NCBI GenBank assembly: GCA_024137785.1
Contig: JAHRHZ010000099.1
Coordinates: 2,092,494 to 2,156,493, forward strand
Length of the DNA stretch: 64,000 bases
Source: Ginglymostoma cirratum
Lineage: Eukaryota
Reading direction: 5' to 3'
This document shows positions 26,601-39,660 of the stretch, in pieces. A program made the position numbers and the translations under genes. A model generated the notes under the pieces. The model did not search any database. It saw only the letters and a list, made by a program, of their open reading frames with translations, and was not told the DNA's origin. The number at the start of each line of letters is the position of its first letter. The first letter of the stretch is position 1.

Positions 26601-27280
26601 AACAAACCACTATGCTCATTTTATCTTTGAAAATATCAATATCAAAAATACATTAAATTCATATCACGTGCAGTTTATGTTATTTTTAAGCTTATCACCA
26701 CATATTATTGTTGTTCATTAGTTGCTGGTGAAGTTATGAATTTATGTTTAAAGTCAATCACAACATTGAAAATCGGGCAATGACCGATCCATGTCCATTG
26801 AGTTTAAGTATCATTTAATTTTCCCTGATTTGGAATATTAATGCTGCCGTGTCGGCTTAAAGCTTCCGCTAAATAAAGTCGTACAGGCAGCAACAATTAC
26901 AGCAGGAGGACGTGGAAGTCAACCGCAAATATCTACATGATGTTCAGCAGGATCTCATACAGATTGACATGCATTAGAAGTAAGTTTTAAAACAGCAAGG
27001 AATTGTAATTAAGTTGGAAGGAAGTGAATTGCATCCGAGCCCCGTCGAAAATAATTGATCAGAAGACTTAACATGACATCACTAACATTGTTATTTTGGT
27101 TGGACATTTTCTGGAGCATTTAGCCAACAAAATAGAAACGCATTTCCACCTTAACAGCAAGAGCTAATGGAGGAATGGTCAAATTCCATAGCAGTTTTTG
27201 TGTTTGCTACCTAATCCGTTCAGACCTTCTGGACTCGAAATTCAAGAATACGAGGCTTGAACAGTAAAGATTGTACTTAC

Positions 27281-27631
27281 CGCCCACACTCAGTTTCGTT
27301 CCTTTCCCGAAAGTGAATCCACCATAGGAGGCATGCCAGGCGCCGCAATAATAGTCAGCGACATCTTCGGTCTGTACATTGGAAATAGTTAGATGCATAA
27401 GGTTCTTCGACGTGTCCCTGGACCCAGTGAATCGAACAGGAATCCCAGGGCCTCTGCTAGAATCATAATCGTTCCAAACATAGGCGGGGGCACTATCGCG
27501 TTTCTGCCAGTACCAGCTCGTGCGGTAGCTGCCTATGCTGCCTCCGGATATGGTACAAGTAATTGTGACCGTTTTCCCCAATGAGCTTGAGATGGACCCT
27601 GGCTGAGTCAGTACGGTTCCAGCGTCAGTAC
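27281..27631 (-). CDS. IGL: Germline-joined VJ exon of type II/lambda Ig light chain
   Basis: Acceptor ttttgccAG; TVLTQPGSISSSLGKTVTITC...SWYWQK...DYYC-GAWHASYGGFT-FGKGTKLSVG; conserved Cys/Trp/Cys and FGxG; no RSS between V and J; donor GTAAGT at 27280. Confidence 0.93.
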
Positions 27632-27778
27632 CTGGCAAAATAAGAAGTTAATGTCTAACAGCACACCTCGAAACCACTGACGAATGATGTAATTCAGTTT
27701 CAACCACATCAATTACTGCAACTCATCAGAATCATACAAAAAGAATTAAAAAGAAATGATTGACAGTGGCGTACGTAC

Positions 27779-27827
27779 ATTGCAAACCAAGTACCAGGGC
27801 GGCGAGAACACGAAGCCACTCGTTCAT
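27779..27827 (-). CDS. IGL: Ig lambda (type II) light-chain leader exon MNEWLRVLAALVLGLQ
   Basis: ATG at 27827, 49 nt hydrophobic leader, phase-1 donor GTACGT at 27778. Confidence 0.88.
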
Positions 27828-27960
27828 GTTGTAGATTTTTGAAATCAAAGTTAAGACAAAATGTTTCCCCACTAATGGAACCTAATATCCTTGAACCTAA
27901 TGATACGGTGCCTTCTCAACCTGTCTTAAAGAACATCTACACGGCAAGTCCCACCTATTT

Positions 27961-27968
27961 ATGCAAAT
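27961..27968 (-). promoter_or_regulatory. Ig light-chain promoter octamer (ATTTGCAT on coding strand)
   Basis: ATGCAAAT on +, ~135 bp upstream of the leader ATG, in the orientation typical of IgL promoters. Confidence 0.85.
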
Positions 27969-29497
27969 TCTTATCTGGTAGAGGCTAGTAATTGGCTCCA
28001 CAGACGTTCGTAAAAGTGCCATTTTAAATACTAGACTAATTCAGGGCTAGCTGAAACAGTTCAACAGAAATTGCGTTGACCCCCATGACGGTGATGACTG
28101 AGTTTGAATTAATTTCCATTAGTTTCGATGTTTATTTTTAAAAACGGCTTCGACTGGGTTTGCTCAATAAATATTTCTAACCGGTTTCTGACTAGAAATC
28201 ATTGGAGCAGGTTTATTGGAGATTAATCATTGGAGTAATCAAAGTAATCATTGGAGATTACTTTTGTAATCAACCTGTTCAGAAACGTTATTACTCATAC
28301 TTCTGGAGAAGGTAAAGTTTGAACCCTGTTCTACCGGTAAGTATGCCATCACTTTGGCACAAGAGCACTTCCATTAGCTTGTTCAGAGGGATTACACCTT
28401 CGAACAAACTGTTAAATTGACGACCAGTTGAAATTCTTGCACAATAATAATAATTGCAATTTGACAATGAGCCTTAATAAAATTCATAATTGTTGTAACG
28501 TCGGAAAGTTCAAGTCGCAGAGTACTGTAGTTGGCAGCGAGCAGGCAGCCTTGAGTCGGATATCTTTTGATTCAAGCCTTAGTGATTTCTATTTCCTTTT
28601 AGTGGGCTATTAATGACTCCAGGAGATTTTGATTTTAAATCAAACCTGGTAAATAGTACAATTCGTGACGATAATGATCCGCAAACTAATTTTCCCAAGA
28701 GTGTTTTGAATAATTTCATGTTTAAAAGGAGAGTAAATTTCATGCAGACTAAATAACAACGAACGTAATTCAGGAGGTTGATGAGTGTTCATCACAGAGA
28801 GCTTGAAATATCCTATAACCGCGGTCCCCACACGCCTGGGACTGAGAGGGGTTGAACATTGAGTGGTAAGTTGTGTCATTGCACAGAAGACCGCAAACCC
28901 TGAGGGTCAATAGGTTTTATGTACGCTGAACATAAAGAAAGATATTGAAGCAACTGACCATGATTTGGGCAATCAGAGTCTTGGAGTCATACAGCATAGA
29001 AACAGGCACTTCGGGTCTAATTAGTCCATGCCGACGATAATCTCAGACTAAACTAATCCCACCTGCCTGCGCTTGACACGTACCCCTCCAAACATTTCTT
29101 ATTCATGCACTTCTCTAAATGTCTTTTAAACGTTGTAACTGTACCCACATTCACCACTTCCTCTGGAAGTTCATTCCACAGAGTAACCACTCTGTGTGTA
29201 AAAGAAAATTGCCCCTCATATTTTTAAAAAGTCTTTCTCCTCTTGCCTTAAAAATGTGCCCCCTAGTCTTGAAATCCCTCACCCTAGGGAAAATACACTT
29301 GCCATTCACTTTATATGTAGTTCTCATTATTTTATAAACCTCTATAAGGTCACGACTCGACTTCCTACGTTCAGTGAAAAAAGTCCCAGCCGATCCAGCC
29401 TCTCTTGAAAATTCAAACCCTCTTGTTTCCGGCAACTTTCTTACGATCGCATTCCCTTCTGTGTTGCTCCTCATTTTTTCGCAGGAAACAGAACGAG

Positions 29498-30646
29498 AAA
29501 ATTTTTGCATTAACGTTGACTCTTATGCTATTTGCTATTTCTTTCTTCTTTACACCTTTTTCTCCTCTCCCGATATTCTAACCTCGGCCCATAATAATTT
29601 CATCCTTCTCCCTCAAGTTGGAACAGTCAGAACATTTCCGCCTTGAACCGCTCGCTCCTGTGCCTGAATCTCCCTTGATAATCAGCAAAGTAAAGCGTTT
29701 CTTTTTGCGCCAATTGTCCAGACAATAGCCCATGTACTTTGTCTTATTATTTATGCTCATGTTCCCGCCTGACACTCAGAGGTTGGGATTACTGATCCTT
29801 GGGAGTCCAAACTTCATAACTATATGTATAAGGTAACTGCGTTGCTTGCTGGGCCACCATTTTTATTTTGTCTGTTTCTATGGCTTTTAACCATCATTTT
29901 GTTACATTTTGTGGTATTGTGCCGTACACTTATTTACCCGTTGGGATAGTGGATGTACTCTAGACTAAGAACAGCTTCTTCCCCTCTGTAATCAGGCTTT
30001 TGGACGGACTTCTTAAAACTAAAGTTGATCTCTCGTTGCACCTTCGCTTTAACACTGTATTCCGCATTCTGTTCTATTTCCCTGATCTACTTACGTACGG
30101 TATGATCTGCCTGTATAGCAAGCAATGTGTGATGATAATCCCCGGACTGTGGTTAACAATGTACGAATCCTGGATGATATTACTGGATAAGGTCAGACTT
30201 CTTTGCCCTGGTGTTCAACGCCAATGTCAATTTCATACAATGTTAGAGACTTGCCCAGAATTACTGGGGCAGAGTATTTCTGCCCTTAGCAAATTTAAAC
30301 TTCATCTGAATGTACTTCTCCTGTTCGCACGTCCGGATTTCTATTGATTTCCGACCAACTGTGGCGAACATTATAATGATCTCTGGTCCTTCGACCTCGT
30401 TCTAATGAAACCTTTTCTCAGTTCATCATCTATGTTGCCCACGACCGTCTCAGCGACCTTTTTTTTGTTCTAACCTACGCTGGATCCTGCGGGTTGCAAA
30501 AAGAACCTGTTACATTTCCAACTTCCCTCCGTTCTGATGAAGGCTCATCAACCCGAATAGTTTACTGTGCTGAGCTTTGCCAGCATTTTCCGTTCTTACT
30601 TAGAAATTGACCCTGTCCTATCCTGCAGCAGCCATGGTTGCATCAA
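29498..30646 (+). repeat. Left arm of ~1.15-kb near-perfect inverted duplication
   Basis: Reverse complement of 32566-33720; twin spurious ORFs 30000-30347(+) and 32865-33212(-) differ at 2 of 115 aa. Confidence 0.95.
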
Positions 30647-31002
30647 TGGCTTATTATTTAAACGTTGTTGTGAACTCCACAAGGAGTTTCTTAAACGGAC
30701 AGCAAATCTCGAGTATTACATTCGGTAGCCCTATTGTAGGGTCTTGGCGAGATCGTTGGGGGAAGGGAGGTGGATGGTGATTGAATGTGCGATACCCAGG
30801 ATATTTGGAAATTCGGGCATTCAAGCACAGATCCACTTACTGTACTCAAACTCACAAACCCCAACTTACCGTGCACCAGAACTACCGCATCTACAGCACG
30901 TAGCCAAACACTCACATGCACACACCCCGCACGGACGAACAAATTCCTTCACATCAAACACACTCTCACGGCCATCTGCTCCCACTGAAACACACACACG
31001 CA

Positions 31003-31047
<45 letters not shown>

Positions 31048-31839
31048 TCACACACATACACACACAAACACGCACGCACATCAGGCGCTTTACACACTCT
31101 GCTGACACAACTAATCACACTAGCCTTGTAAGCCTCCCTTCGCTCTCCCGGCCAAAAGCCACACCTCCAAAAGCACACTTCACCCACAAATAAGGCCTCC
31201 TCGTCCTTCTTGGGAAAGTAACAAAAGAACAAAACTGGCGAAGAGAATAAAAACTGCTTCAAGATCACTGGGTGAATCCGCTGATTTGTCCAAACAAAAC
31301 AGAATCGTGGTCCTCATGGCAAATCTCCGAGTAAGCTCGATAAAAAGAAGAAAATAAATCAAATGACACCATCACTGCACGAAAGCTCGAACAGTCAGCA
31401 AAAAATAATGAGTTCACCCCAAAGAAGAGGTGAACAGTGCAGAAGACGCTTGCCGCATGCTCTACCCTGAATGAACACTAAACAATCAGCAGCTTACTTG
31501 AAGGGAAGTGTTTTGAGCGAAGGCTGTAGACTCGAAATAAGAAAAATACACCGCTGGAGTACTTTGATTTAAACAGAATTGTGAGGTAGCGTTAAAATTT
31601 CCATGGAACATCGTACCATACTGGTCCTTCCCATTTTCAAACTTAAAAATTTTGTAAAAAGTTTCTGTATCTGAGGAACGAACATGAACAGCGAAAGTAC
31701 AGCAAAAGTACAGAAACTAAAAAAAAAGAAAGTCTACACTGCACAGGCGTGAGAAAAACCCAGAATCTCATTCCGTAGAGGAGCTGCTACAACAAGTATT
31801 GGCCATTGCTGGCGACACCAAGTAACATTGGGTCACTCC

Positions 31840-32140
31840 CTTACTGAATGGTAAACCGATGAGAATGGAGGTGGACACCAGAGCAGCAGTTCCATTAATA
31901 TCTAAAAGTGTGAATCAGTGTACCAGAAGCAACTGAATCACGTCGCCCTACATCTCTCAAAAATTGCACTAAGAACATACACAAGCAACACAGTAGCTTT
32001 AAGAGACTGTTTCATTGTGAATGTTATTTATACTGTCAGTCTGAAGATTTGTCCGTAAATGTTACCACAGGAAATTTCCCAGCTCTGTTGGGAAGAATGT
32101 GGTTGGAGAAAATCAAATTGAACTGGGCCGAAGTAAATTG
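31840..32140 (+). mobile_element. Degenerate Gypsy-type aspartic protease remnant
   Basis: LLNGKPMRMEVDTRAAVPLIS (DTG changed to DTR)...LRTYT...FPALLGRMWLEKIKLNWAEV, with frameshifts. Confidence 0.75.
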
Positions 32141-32164
32141 CTTGTTAGGTTCTGAGACTAATGT

Positions 32165-32475
32165 GTCACTGTGGCAAAGTGGTGAGCACTGTGACCTCAT
32201 AGCGCTTGGGTTCGATTCCACCTTCGGGCGACTGCCTGTGTGCAGTGTGCACGTTCTCCCTGCGTCAGCGTGGGCTTCCGCTGGGTGCTCTGGCTTCCTC
32301 CCACAGTCCAAAGATGTGGAGGCTCGGTAGATTGGCAATGGCAAATTGCCCATAGTGTTCAGGGATGTGTAGATTAGGTGGGTGAGGTGGAATCGGTGTG
32401 GATGGGATGCTCTGAAGTTCAGTGTGGATTTGTTGGGCCGAAATGCCTGCTTTCATACTTTAGGGATTCTATGAA
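32165..32475 (+). mobile_element. tRNA-derived V-SINE (HE1-like)
   Basis: tRNA-like head (gtggcaaagtggtgagc...ggttcgattcc), V-core ttcctcccacagtccaaagatgtg, CR1-like tail. Confidence 0.85.
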
Positions 32476-32565
32476 AATACTGTCCAACCTTCACGCACCT
32501 TCAGACTTGCTCCGTCTTCCACGCCACTGACGAGACCACTAAACGGCATGCAATCCTGTCCAGAT

Positions 32566-33720
32566 TTGATGCAACCTTGGCTGCTGCAGGATAGGACAGG
32601 GTCAATTTCTAAGTAAGAACGGAAAATGCTGGCAAAGCTCAGCACAGTAAACTATTCGGGTTGATGAGCCTTCATCAGAACGGAGGGAAGTTGGAAATGT
32701 AACAGGTTCTTTTTGCAACCCGCAGGATCCAGCGTAGGTTAGAACAAAAAAAAGGTCGCTGAGACGGTCGTGGGCAACATAGATGATGAACTGAGAAAAG
32801 GTTTCATTAGAACGAGGTCGAAGGACCAGAGATCATTATAATGTTCGCCACAGTTGGTCGGAAATCAATAGAAATCCGGACGTGCGAACAGGAGAAGTAC
32901 ATTCAGATGAAGTTTAAATTTGCTAAGGGCAGAAATACTCTGCCCCAGTAATTCTGGGCAAGTCTCTAACATTGTATGAAATTGACATTGGCGTTGAACA
33001 CCAGGGCAAAGAAGTCTGACCTTATCCAGTAATATCATCCAGGATTCGTACATTGTTAACCACAGTCCGGGGATTATCATCACACATTGCTTGCTATACA
33101 GGCAGATCATACAGTACGTAAGTAGATCAGGGAAATAGAACAGAATGCGGAATACAGTGTTAAAGCGAAGGTGCAACGAGAGATCAACTTTAATTTTGAG
33201 AAGTCCGTCCAAAAGCCTGATTACAGAGGGGAAGAAGCTGTTCTTAGTCTAGAGTACATCCACTATCCCAACGGGTAAATAAGTGTACGGCACAATACCA
33301 CAAAATGTAACAAAATGATGGTTAAAAGCCATAGAAACAGCCAAAATAAAAGTGGTGGCCCAGCAAGCAACGCAGTTACCTTATATATATAGTTATGAAG
33401 TTTGGACTCCCAAGGATCAGTAATCCCAACCTCTGAGTGTCAGGCGGGAACATGAGCATAAATAATAAGACAAAGTACATGGGCTATTGTCTGGACAATT
33501 GGCGCAAAAAGAAACGCTTTACGTTGCTGATTATCAAGGGAGATTCAGGCACAGGAGCGAGCGGTTCAAGGCGGAAATGTTCTGACTGTTCCAATTAGAA
33601 CTTGAGGGAGAAGGATGAAATTATTATGGGCCGAGGTTAGAATATCGGGAGAGGAGAAAAAGGTGTAAAGAAGAAAGAAATAGCAAATAGCATAAGAGTC
33701 AACGTTAATGCAAAAAATTT
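32566..33720 (-). repeat. Right arm of the inverted duplication
   Basis: As above; has a 7-bp indel near 33595 and ends at the first base of the CR1. Confidence 0.95.
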
Positions 33721-35310
33721 AGGTCTAAAAATTGATACATATCCTGGCCCCGATGGGCTACATCCAAGAGTTCTGAGGGAGGTGGCTGAGGAAATAGCGG
33801 AGGCGTTGGTTGTGGTCTTTCAAAAGTCACTGGAGTCAGGGGAAGTCCCAGATGATTGGAAAATCGCTGTTGTAACCCCCTTGTTTAAGAAAGGATCAAG
33901 ACAAAAGATGGACAATTATAGGCCGATTAGCCTAATCTCCGTTGGTGGTAAAATTCTAGAATCTATTGTGAAGGATGAGATTTCTAAATTCTTGGAAGTG
34001 CAGGGTCGGATTAGAACAAGTCAGCATGGATTTAGTAAGGGGTGGTCGTGTCTGACAAACCTGTTAGAATTCTTTGAAGAGGTAACAAGTAGGTTAGACC
34101 AGGGAAACTCAGTGGATGTTATCTATCTAGACTTCCAAAAGGCCTTTGATAAGGTGCCTCACAGGAGGCTGCTGAGTAAGGTGAGGGCCCATTGTGTTCG
34201 AGGTGAGTTACTGGCATGGATTGAGGATTGGCTGTCTGACAGAAGGCAGAGAGTTGGGATAAAAGGCTCTTTTTCGGAATGGCAACCGGTGACAAGTTGT
34301 GTCCCACAGGGTTCAGTGTTGGGGCCGCAGCTGTTCACTTTATATATTAATGACCTGGATGAAGGGACCGGGGGCATTCTGGCTAAGTTTGCCGATGATA
34401 CAAAGTTGGGTGGACAGGCAGGTAGTACGGAGGAGCTGGGGAGGCTGCAGGATGATTTAGACAGTTTAGGCGAGTGGTCCAGGAAATGGCTGATGAAATT
34501 CAACGTGAGCAAATGCGAGGTCTTGCACCTTGGAAAAAAGAATACAGGTGTGGACTATTTTCTGAACGGTGAGAAAATTCATAAAGCCGAAGTACAAAGG
34601 GATCTGGGAGCGCTAGTACAAGATTCTCTAAAGGTTAACTTGCAGGTTGAGTCCGTGATTAAGAAAGCAAATGTAATGTTATCATTTGTCTCAAGAAGGT
34701 TGGAATATAAAAGCAGCAATGTGCTTCTGAGACTTTATAAAGCCCTAGTTAGGCCCCATTTAGAATACTGTGTCCGATTTTGGGCCCCACACCTCAGGAA
34801 GGACATACTGGCACTGGAGCGTGTCCAGCGGAGATTCACACGGATGATCCCTGGAATGGTAGGCCTAACATACGATGAACTGAGGATCCTGGGATTGTAT
34901 TCATTAGCGTTTAGAAGGTTGAGGGGAGACCTAATAGAAACTTACAAGATAATGCATGGCTTAGAAAGGGTGGATGCTGGGAAGTTGTTTCCGTTAGGTG
35001 GGGATACTAGGACCCGTGGGCACAGCCTTAGAATTAGAGGGGGGCAATTTAGAAAGGAAATGAGGAGACATTTCTTCAGCCAGAGAGTGATGGGCCTGCA
35101 GAATTCATTGCTACGGAGCTCAGTGGAGGCCAGGACATTGAATGTCTTCAAGGCAGAGATTGATAAATTCTTGATCTCGCAAGGAATCAAGGGCTATGGG
35201 GAGGGTGCGGGTAAGTGGAGTTGAAATGCCCATCAGCCATGATTAAATGGCGGAGTGGACTCGATGGGCCAAATGGCCTTACTTCCTCTCCTATGTCTTA
35301 TGGTCTTATG
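33721..35310 (+). mobile_element. Young 5'-truncated CR1-clade LINE with open ORF2 reverse transcriptase (to stop at 35224)
   Basis: PGPDGLHPRVL, QHGF, LDFQKAFDKVPH, VPQGSVLGP, FADD, TRGH motifs; short 3'UTR ending in (TCTTATGG)-type repeats. Confidence 0.95.
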
Positions 35311-36742
35311 TTCTTAAAAATGGGACACAAAGTCATCTTATATAGGATTGAAGTGCAAAACACTACAATTTAGTTTTGATTACTTTTTGTCTTTTCCATG
35401 ATTATTGTAACCCTAATTATATAATGATCACTTGAATCCAGATATTAAGCTATTTCAACACAGTCCACTTGTCATATTAATACTTCAGAATTAGTTTTTG
35501 CACAGGTAACTTCCTCCTTGGGGTAGAAATATTGTCACGATTGTGTAGTTATTATTCAATATATTTTAGGGGGTAAGCTGCTTTAAAATTTACCCTTTCT
35601 ATAAAATAAACTGACTGTAATTGGACACAAGAAGTGCAAAATAAAGACTGCTACAAGTCACCTGACTGAACAGCTGTATGCTTAGCACAACTTACAGAGA
35701 CCCATGCCCAGGCATGGAACAACAATTATCCAGGAGAGAAAAAAGTTTCATTGAAGACTCATTGGGATAAGGACAATCCATCATCGATAAAAGCACCAGA
35801 GAAGATAATGGCACATACAGAGCCCTGTTGATTGACTTGGCAAAGCCTTCCTTACTAACATGTGGGGGCTTGTGTCAAAATTGGGAGTCCTGTTCCACAC
35901 ACTAGTCAAGCAACAACCTGACATAATCATCGCACAAAAGTAATACCTTATACGCAATATTCCAGATACCACCTTCACAGTCCATGGTTATCACTTATTT
36001 CACTGAAACACAAGCCCAACTACAGCTTGCGGCAAAGGTGGAAACAGTCAGGTGGTAATCACCGCGGGACCCCTGAATATTGACCCTGGAATCTATGAAA
36101 TCGGATGGACAAAACCAAACACGGACAAGTAAACTGTCCAAACATGGACAGTTCTGAGAAAGGGTCACCGGACCCGAAAAGTTAACTCTGATTTTTTCTT
36201 TGCAGATGCTGCTAGACCGGTTGAGCTTTTCCAGCGACTTCTGTTTTTGTTCCTGATTTACAGCATCTGCAGTTCTTTCAATTTTTATTGGCAAGAAAAC
36301 TTCCCATTGATTATTCACACCACCTCGTTCAGCTCTTGAATCAGTTCTCCTCTATGATGAACGTTACAGCATGCAGTGAGTGTGGCAAGAGAAAAGAATA
36401 TAGTCTGAGTGGAGGACTACAATATCCAGCACTAGACTGAATCTGAGACAAGTGGTGAGGCGTCAACAAGAACTAAGAATGCACTTGGCATCACCGTCGC
36501 TAATCTGTCTGTTGAAGATTCGTCCAACCATATCAGTATTGGTTGGCGTGGCCACTGTTTGCCGTTCTTGTCTAGGCTAATTCATATTGTCTCATTGTGG
36601 ATACATTCCATATTTTGTATGGCACTACCATACTAAATGGGATGGACATTGAATAGACTTAAGAGCTCAAAACTGGTCATTCATAAAGCACTGTGCGCTA
36701 TCAGCAGTGTAATTACGTTCAACTAGGATCTATAACTTCATG

Positions 36743-37191
36743 AAAACGGAAAGAACTGTGGTTGCTGTAAATCAGGAACAAAACCAGAAGTTGCTAGAAA
36801 ACAAGGTGTGGAGCTGAATGAACACAGCAGGCCAAGCAGCAGCGTAGGAGCAGGAAAGCTTGACGTTTGGGGCCTAGACCCTTTATCAGAAAACTACCTT
36901 TCTGATGAAGGGTCTAGGCCCGAAATGTCAAGCTTCCCTGCTCCTACGATGCTGCTTGGCCTGCTGTGTTCATCCAGCTCCACACCTTGTTATCTCAGAT
37001 TCTCCTGCATCTGCAGTACCTATTATCTCAGTTGCTGGAAAAGCTCAGCAAATCTTGCAGCATCTGTGAAGACAAGAATCAGAGTTAACGTTTCTGAGGA
37101 GGGTCACTGAACCCGAAATGTTAACTCTTGAGTTTTTCATCACAGATGTTGCCAGACCTGCTGAGCTTTTCCAGCAACCTCTGTTTTTGTG
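36743..37191. mobile_element. Nested fold-back elements: family A (~36802-37029) inside family B
   Basis: Outer TSD TCTATAACTTCATG (36729-42 / 37192-205); inner TSD AGTTGCT(A/G)GAAA; CTGATGA...GAAATGTC at 36902-29. Confidence 0.8.
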
Positions 37192-37386
37192 TCTATAACT
37201 TCATGGCCTGCCATATCCTTCGCTTTACCATTGCCATGAAACCGAATGATCAATCCTGGTTCAATGAAGTGTGTAGAAGGGCATGCCAACACCAACACCA
37301 ACATCTAAAATACAAAGAGAAATTGTCACCTGGTGAAGTTACAAAACAAGACTTAATTCCAGACACTAAAAGCAGAATGTAATAGA

Positions 37387-38014
37387 TGTTATGGACTGGA
37401 CCAAACCTCCACAAAATATATTAAGAACGTAGCCTAGACCCTAGATTTTTCTTATTTTAAAGGTAAATGTAATTTGATTGGTCAAACTACTCGACCTTCA
37501 GAAAAACACAAACTATTTATACACTTTAGCGAAAATTCAACAGAAAATGGCTTAGCTGTAACTCTATTGAAATGCTCAACAAAATAATAGATACATTAGC
37601 AATTAATAATTAACAGTCCCAATATAGTAAAAACCATAATCGCATCCTTGGCAAAGGCAAAGTCAATAAGATAGATTGTCTTGCATTCAATACCAGTAGC
37701 CCAGGAGGAAAAAAAAATGTCCCGGGAAACTCAGAGTCAGTGCAGCAGGGAGAGATATACTGTACCTTGCAAATGCGGCTGAGACCCCAGCAACAACTAC
37801 TGCTGAAAACCTAAAACTAAAAATACTTGATCTGTGGGAGATGGACTGCACCCATTCAGGCTACTTCTATTGTTCCAACTTTAAAATAAGGAAAAGGACT
37901 CACAATCTGTTGACTTTACTGGCTTTCCAAATAGACAGCTAGTCACCTCTGTTTTAAAACCTCTCTTTAAAACAACCGGTTAACTACACATTTTGAGGCC
38001 AAAGCACCATCACA
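37387..38014. mobile_element. Solo LTR, different family
   Basis: TGTTATGG...CCATCACA inverted termini with 4-bp TSD TAGA (37383-86 / 38015-18). Confidence 0.75.
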
Positions 38015-38624
38015 TAGACAAGCTCGATCAATCTCACAGCCAATGGATCTGATCTAAGCAATGCGGTTCTTCCATATCCAATTGCGCATTGTAATGGACA
38101 GTAAAAAAAAACTAACTGGAAGTGGAGGCTTTACAAATAATCCCGTCTCTCAATGATGGGGGAGTTTAGCACACTAGTCCAAAGACAAGGCAGAAGCATT
38201 TACACCTACCTTCATCGAGAAGTGCTGAGTGAATGACCCATTTAAGCCTCCTCCTGATGGTCGCAGGAGCACTAATGCCATCCTCAACCAATTCAATTCA
38301 TTCCATGTGCTGTCAAGAAACGCTGAAGATATTATACAATACAAAACCTAAGTGCTCCAACAAATCAATATGGAAACGATATATCAAGATTTGTGCTCCA
38401 GAACTAGCTGTGCCATTAACAAATTTGCTCCTGAACAGCTACAAAACTTAATGACAGTGAGGAAAATTGGCCAAGTATGTCCTGTCCATAAAAGCAGGAC
38501 AAATCAAGGCAACTAACTAATGCCCTGCCACTAAATGATGCCATCAGGCACTTGTTGGAAAATATCTCAATCAGAGGTCCAGTAGGGTAAGAAACTAACA
38601 TGACAGTAGGACATAGAGGGGAAT

Positions 38625-39660
38625 GATGGATGATTGTTTTTCAGACTAGAGACTGTAAGCAGCAGTGTTCCACAGGGATTGGTGCTGGATCAACTGTTGT
38701 TTGCCATTTATAAAAATGGTTTGGGTGAGAATTTGGGAGACAAGGTTTGTAGGTTTGTGGTTGACATCAAAATTGGTGACATAGGCAACAGTGAAGAAGT
38801 CTATCTGAGATTACAAAGAAATCTTAATCTATTGGGTCAATGGGCTGAGGAGTGGCAGACGGAGTTTAATTTGGATAAATGTAAGGTATTGCATTTTGGT
38901 CAAACGAACAAGGGCAGAAATGGATACAGTTAATGGTAAGGCCTTTGGAAGTGTTGTTGAACAGAGACCTAGAGGCTCAGGAACACAGTTTTTTGAAAGT
39001 TGCGACTCAGGTAGACAGGGTGGTTAAGAAGGCATTTAGCATGATTGCCTGCATTGTTCAGACCTTTGAGTATAGGATTTGAGACGTCATATTGAGGTTT
39101 TACAGGACGCTGGTGAGGCCAAATCTGCAGTTCTCGTCGTGCTGCTATAGGAAGGATATTGTTAAATCAGAGTGGGTTCAGAAAGATTTACGAGAATGTT
39201 GCAGGTACTAGAGAGTTTGAGTTGTAAGGAGAGGGGAGAAAGATTGGGACTTTTTTCACCAAAGCATAGGATGTTGAGGGGTGACCTTATAGAGATTTAT
39301 AAAATCATGAGGGGCATAGATAAGGTGAATAGCAAAGATCTTTTCCCTATGGTGGGGGAGCTCGAAACCAGAGGGCACATTTTTTAAGTTGAGAGGAGAA
39401 AGATTTTAAAGGGACCTGAGTGACATCATTTTCACGCAGAAGGGTGGTTAGTATGTGGAATTAACTGCTAGAGGAAGTGATGGATGCAAGTACAGTGACA
39501 ACAGTTAAAAGACATTTGAATAGGTACATGAATAGGAAAGATTTTAAGGCGTGTCGGCCAAATGCGGGCAAGTGGGACCAGGTTAGTTTGGGATTATGTT
39601 CGGCATGGACTGCTTGGGCTGAAGGGTCTGTTTCCGTGATATATGACTCTGTGACTTTGG
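38625..39660 (+). mobile_element. Degenerate CR1 3' fragment
   Basis: SSVPQGLVL, WAEEWQTEFNLDKCKVLHFG, LRGDLIEIYKIMRGID..TRGH remnants. Confidence 0.82.

Noticed and set aside
27193-27201. Nonamer-like sequence just downstream of J
   Set aside because: No heptamer at 12/23 spacing.
30000-33212. Twin 115-aa ORFs in the inverted repeat arms
   Set aside because: TTG start, no recognisable domain; similarity reflects the DNA duplication only.
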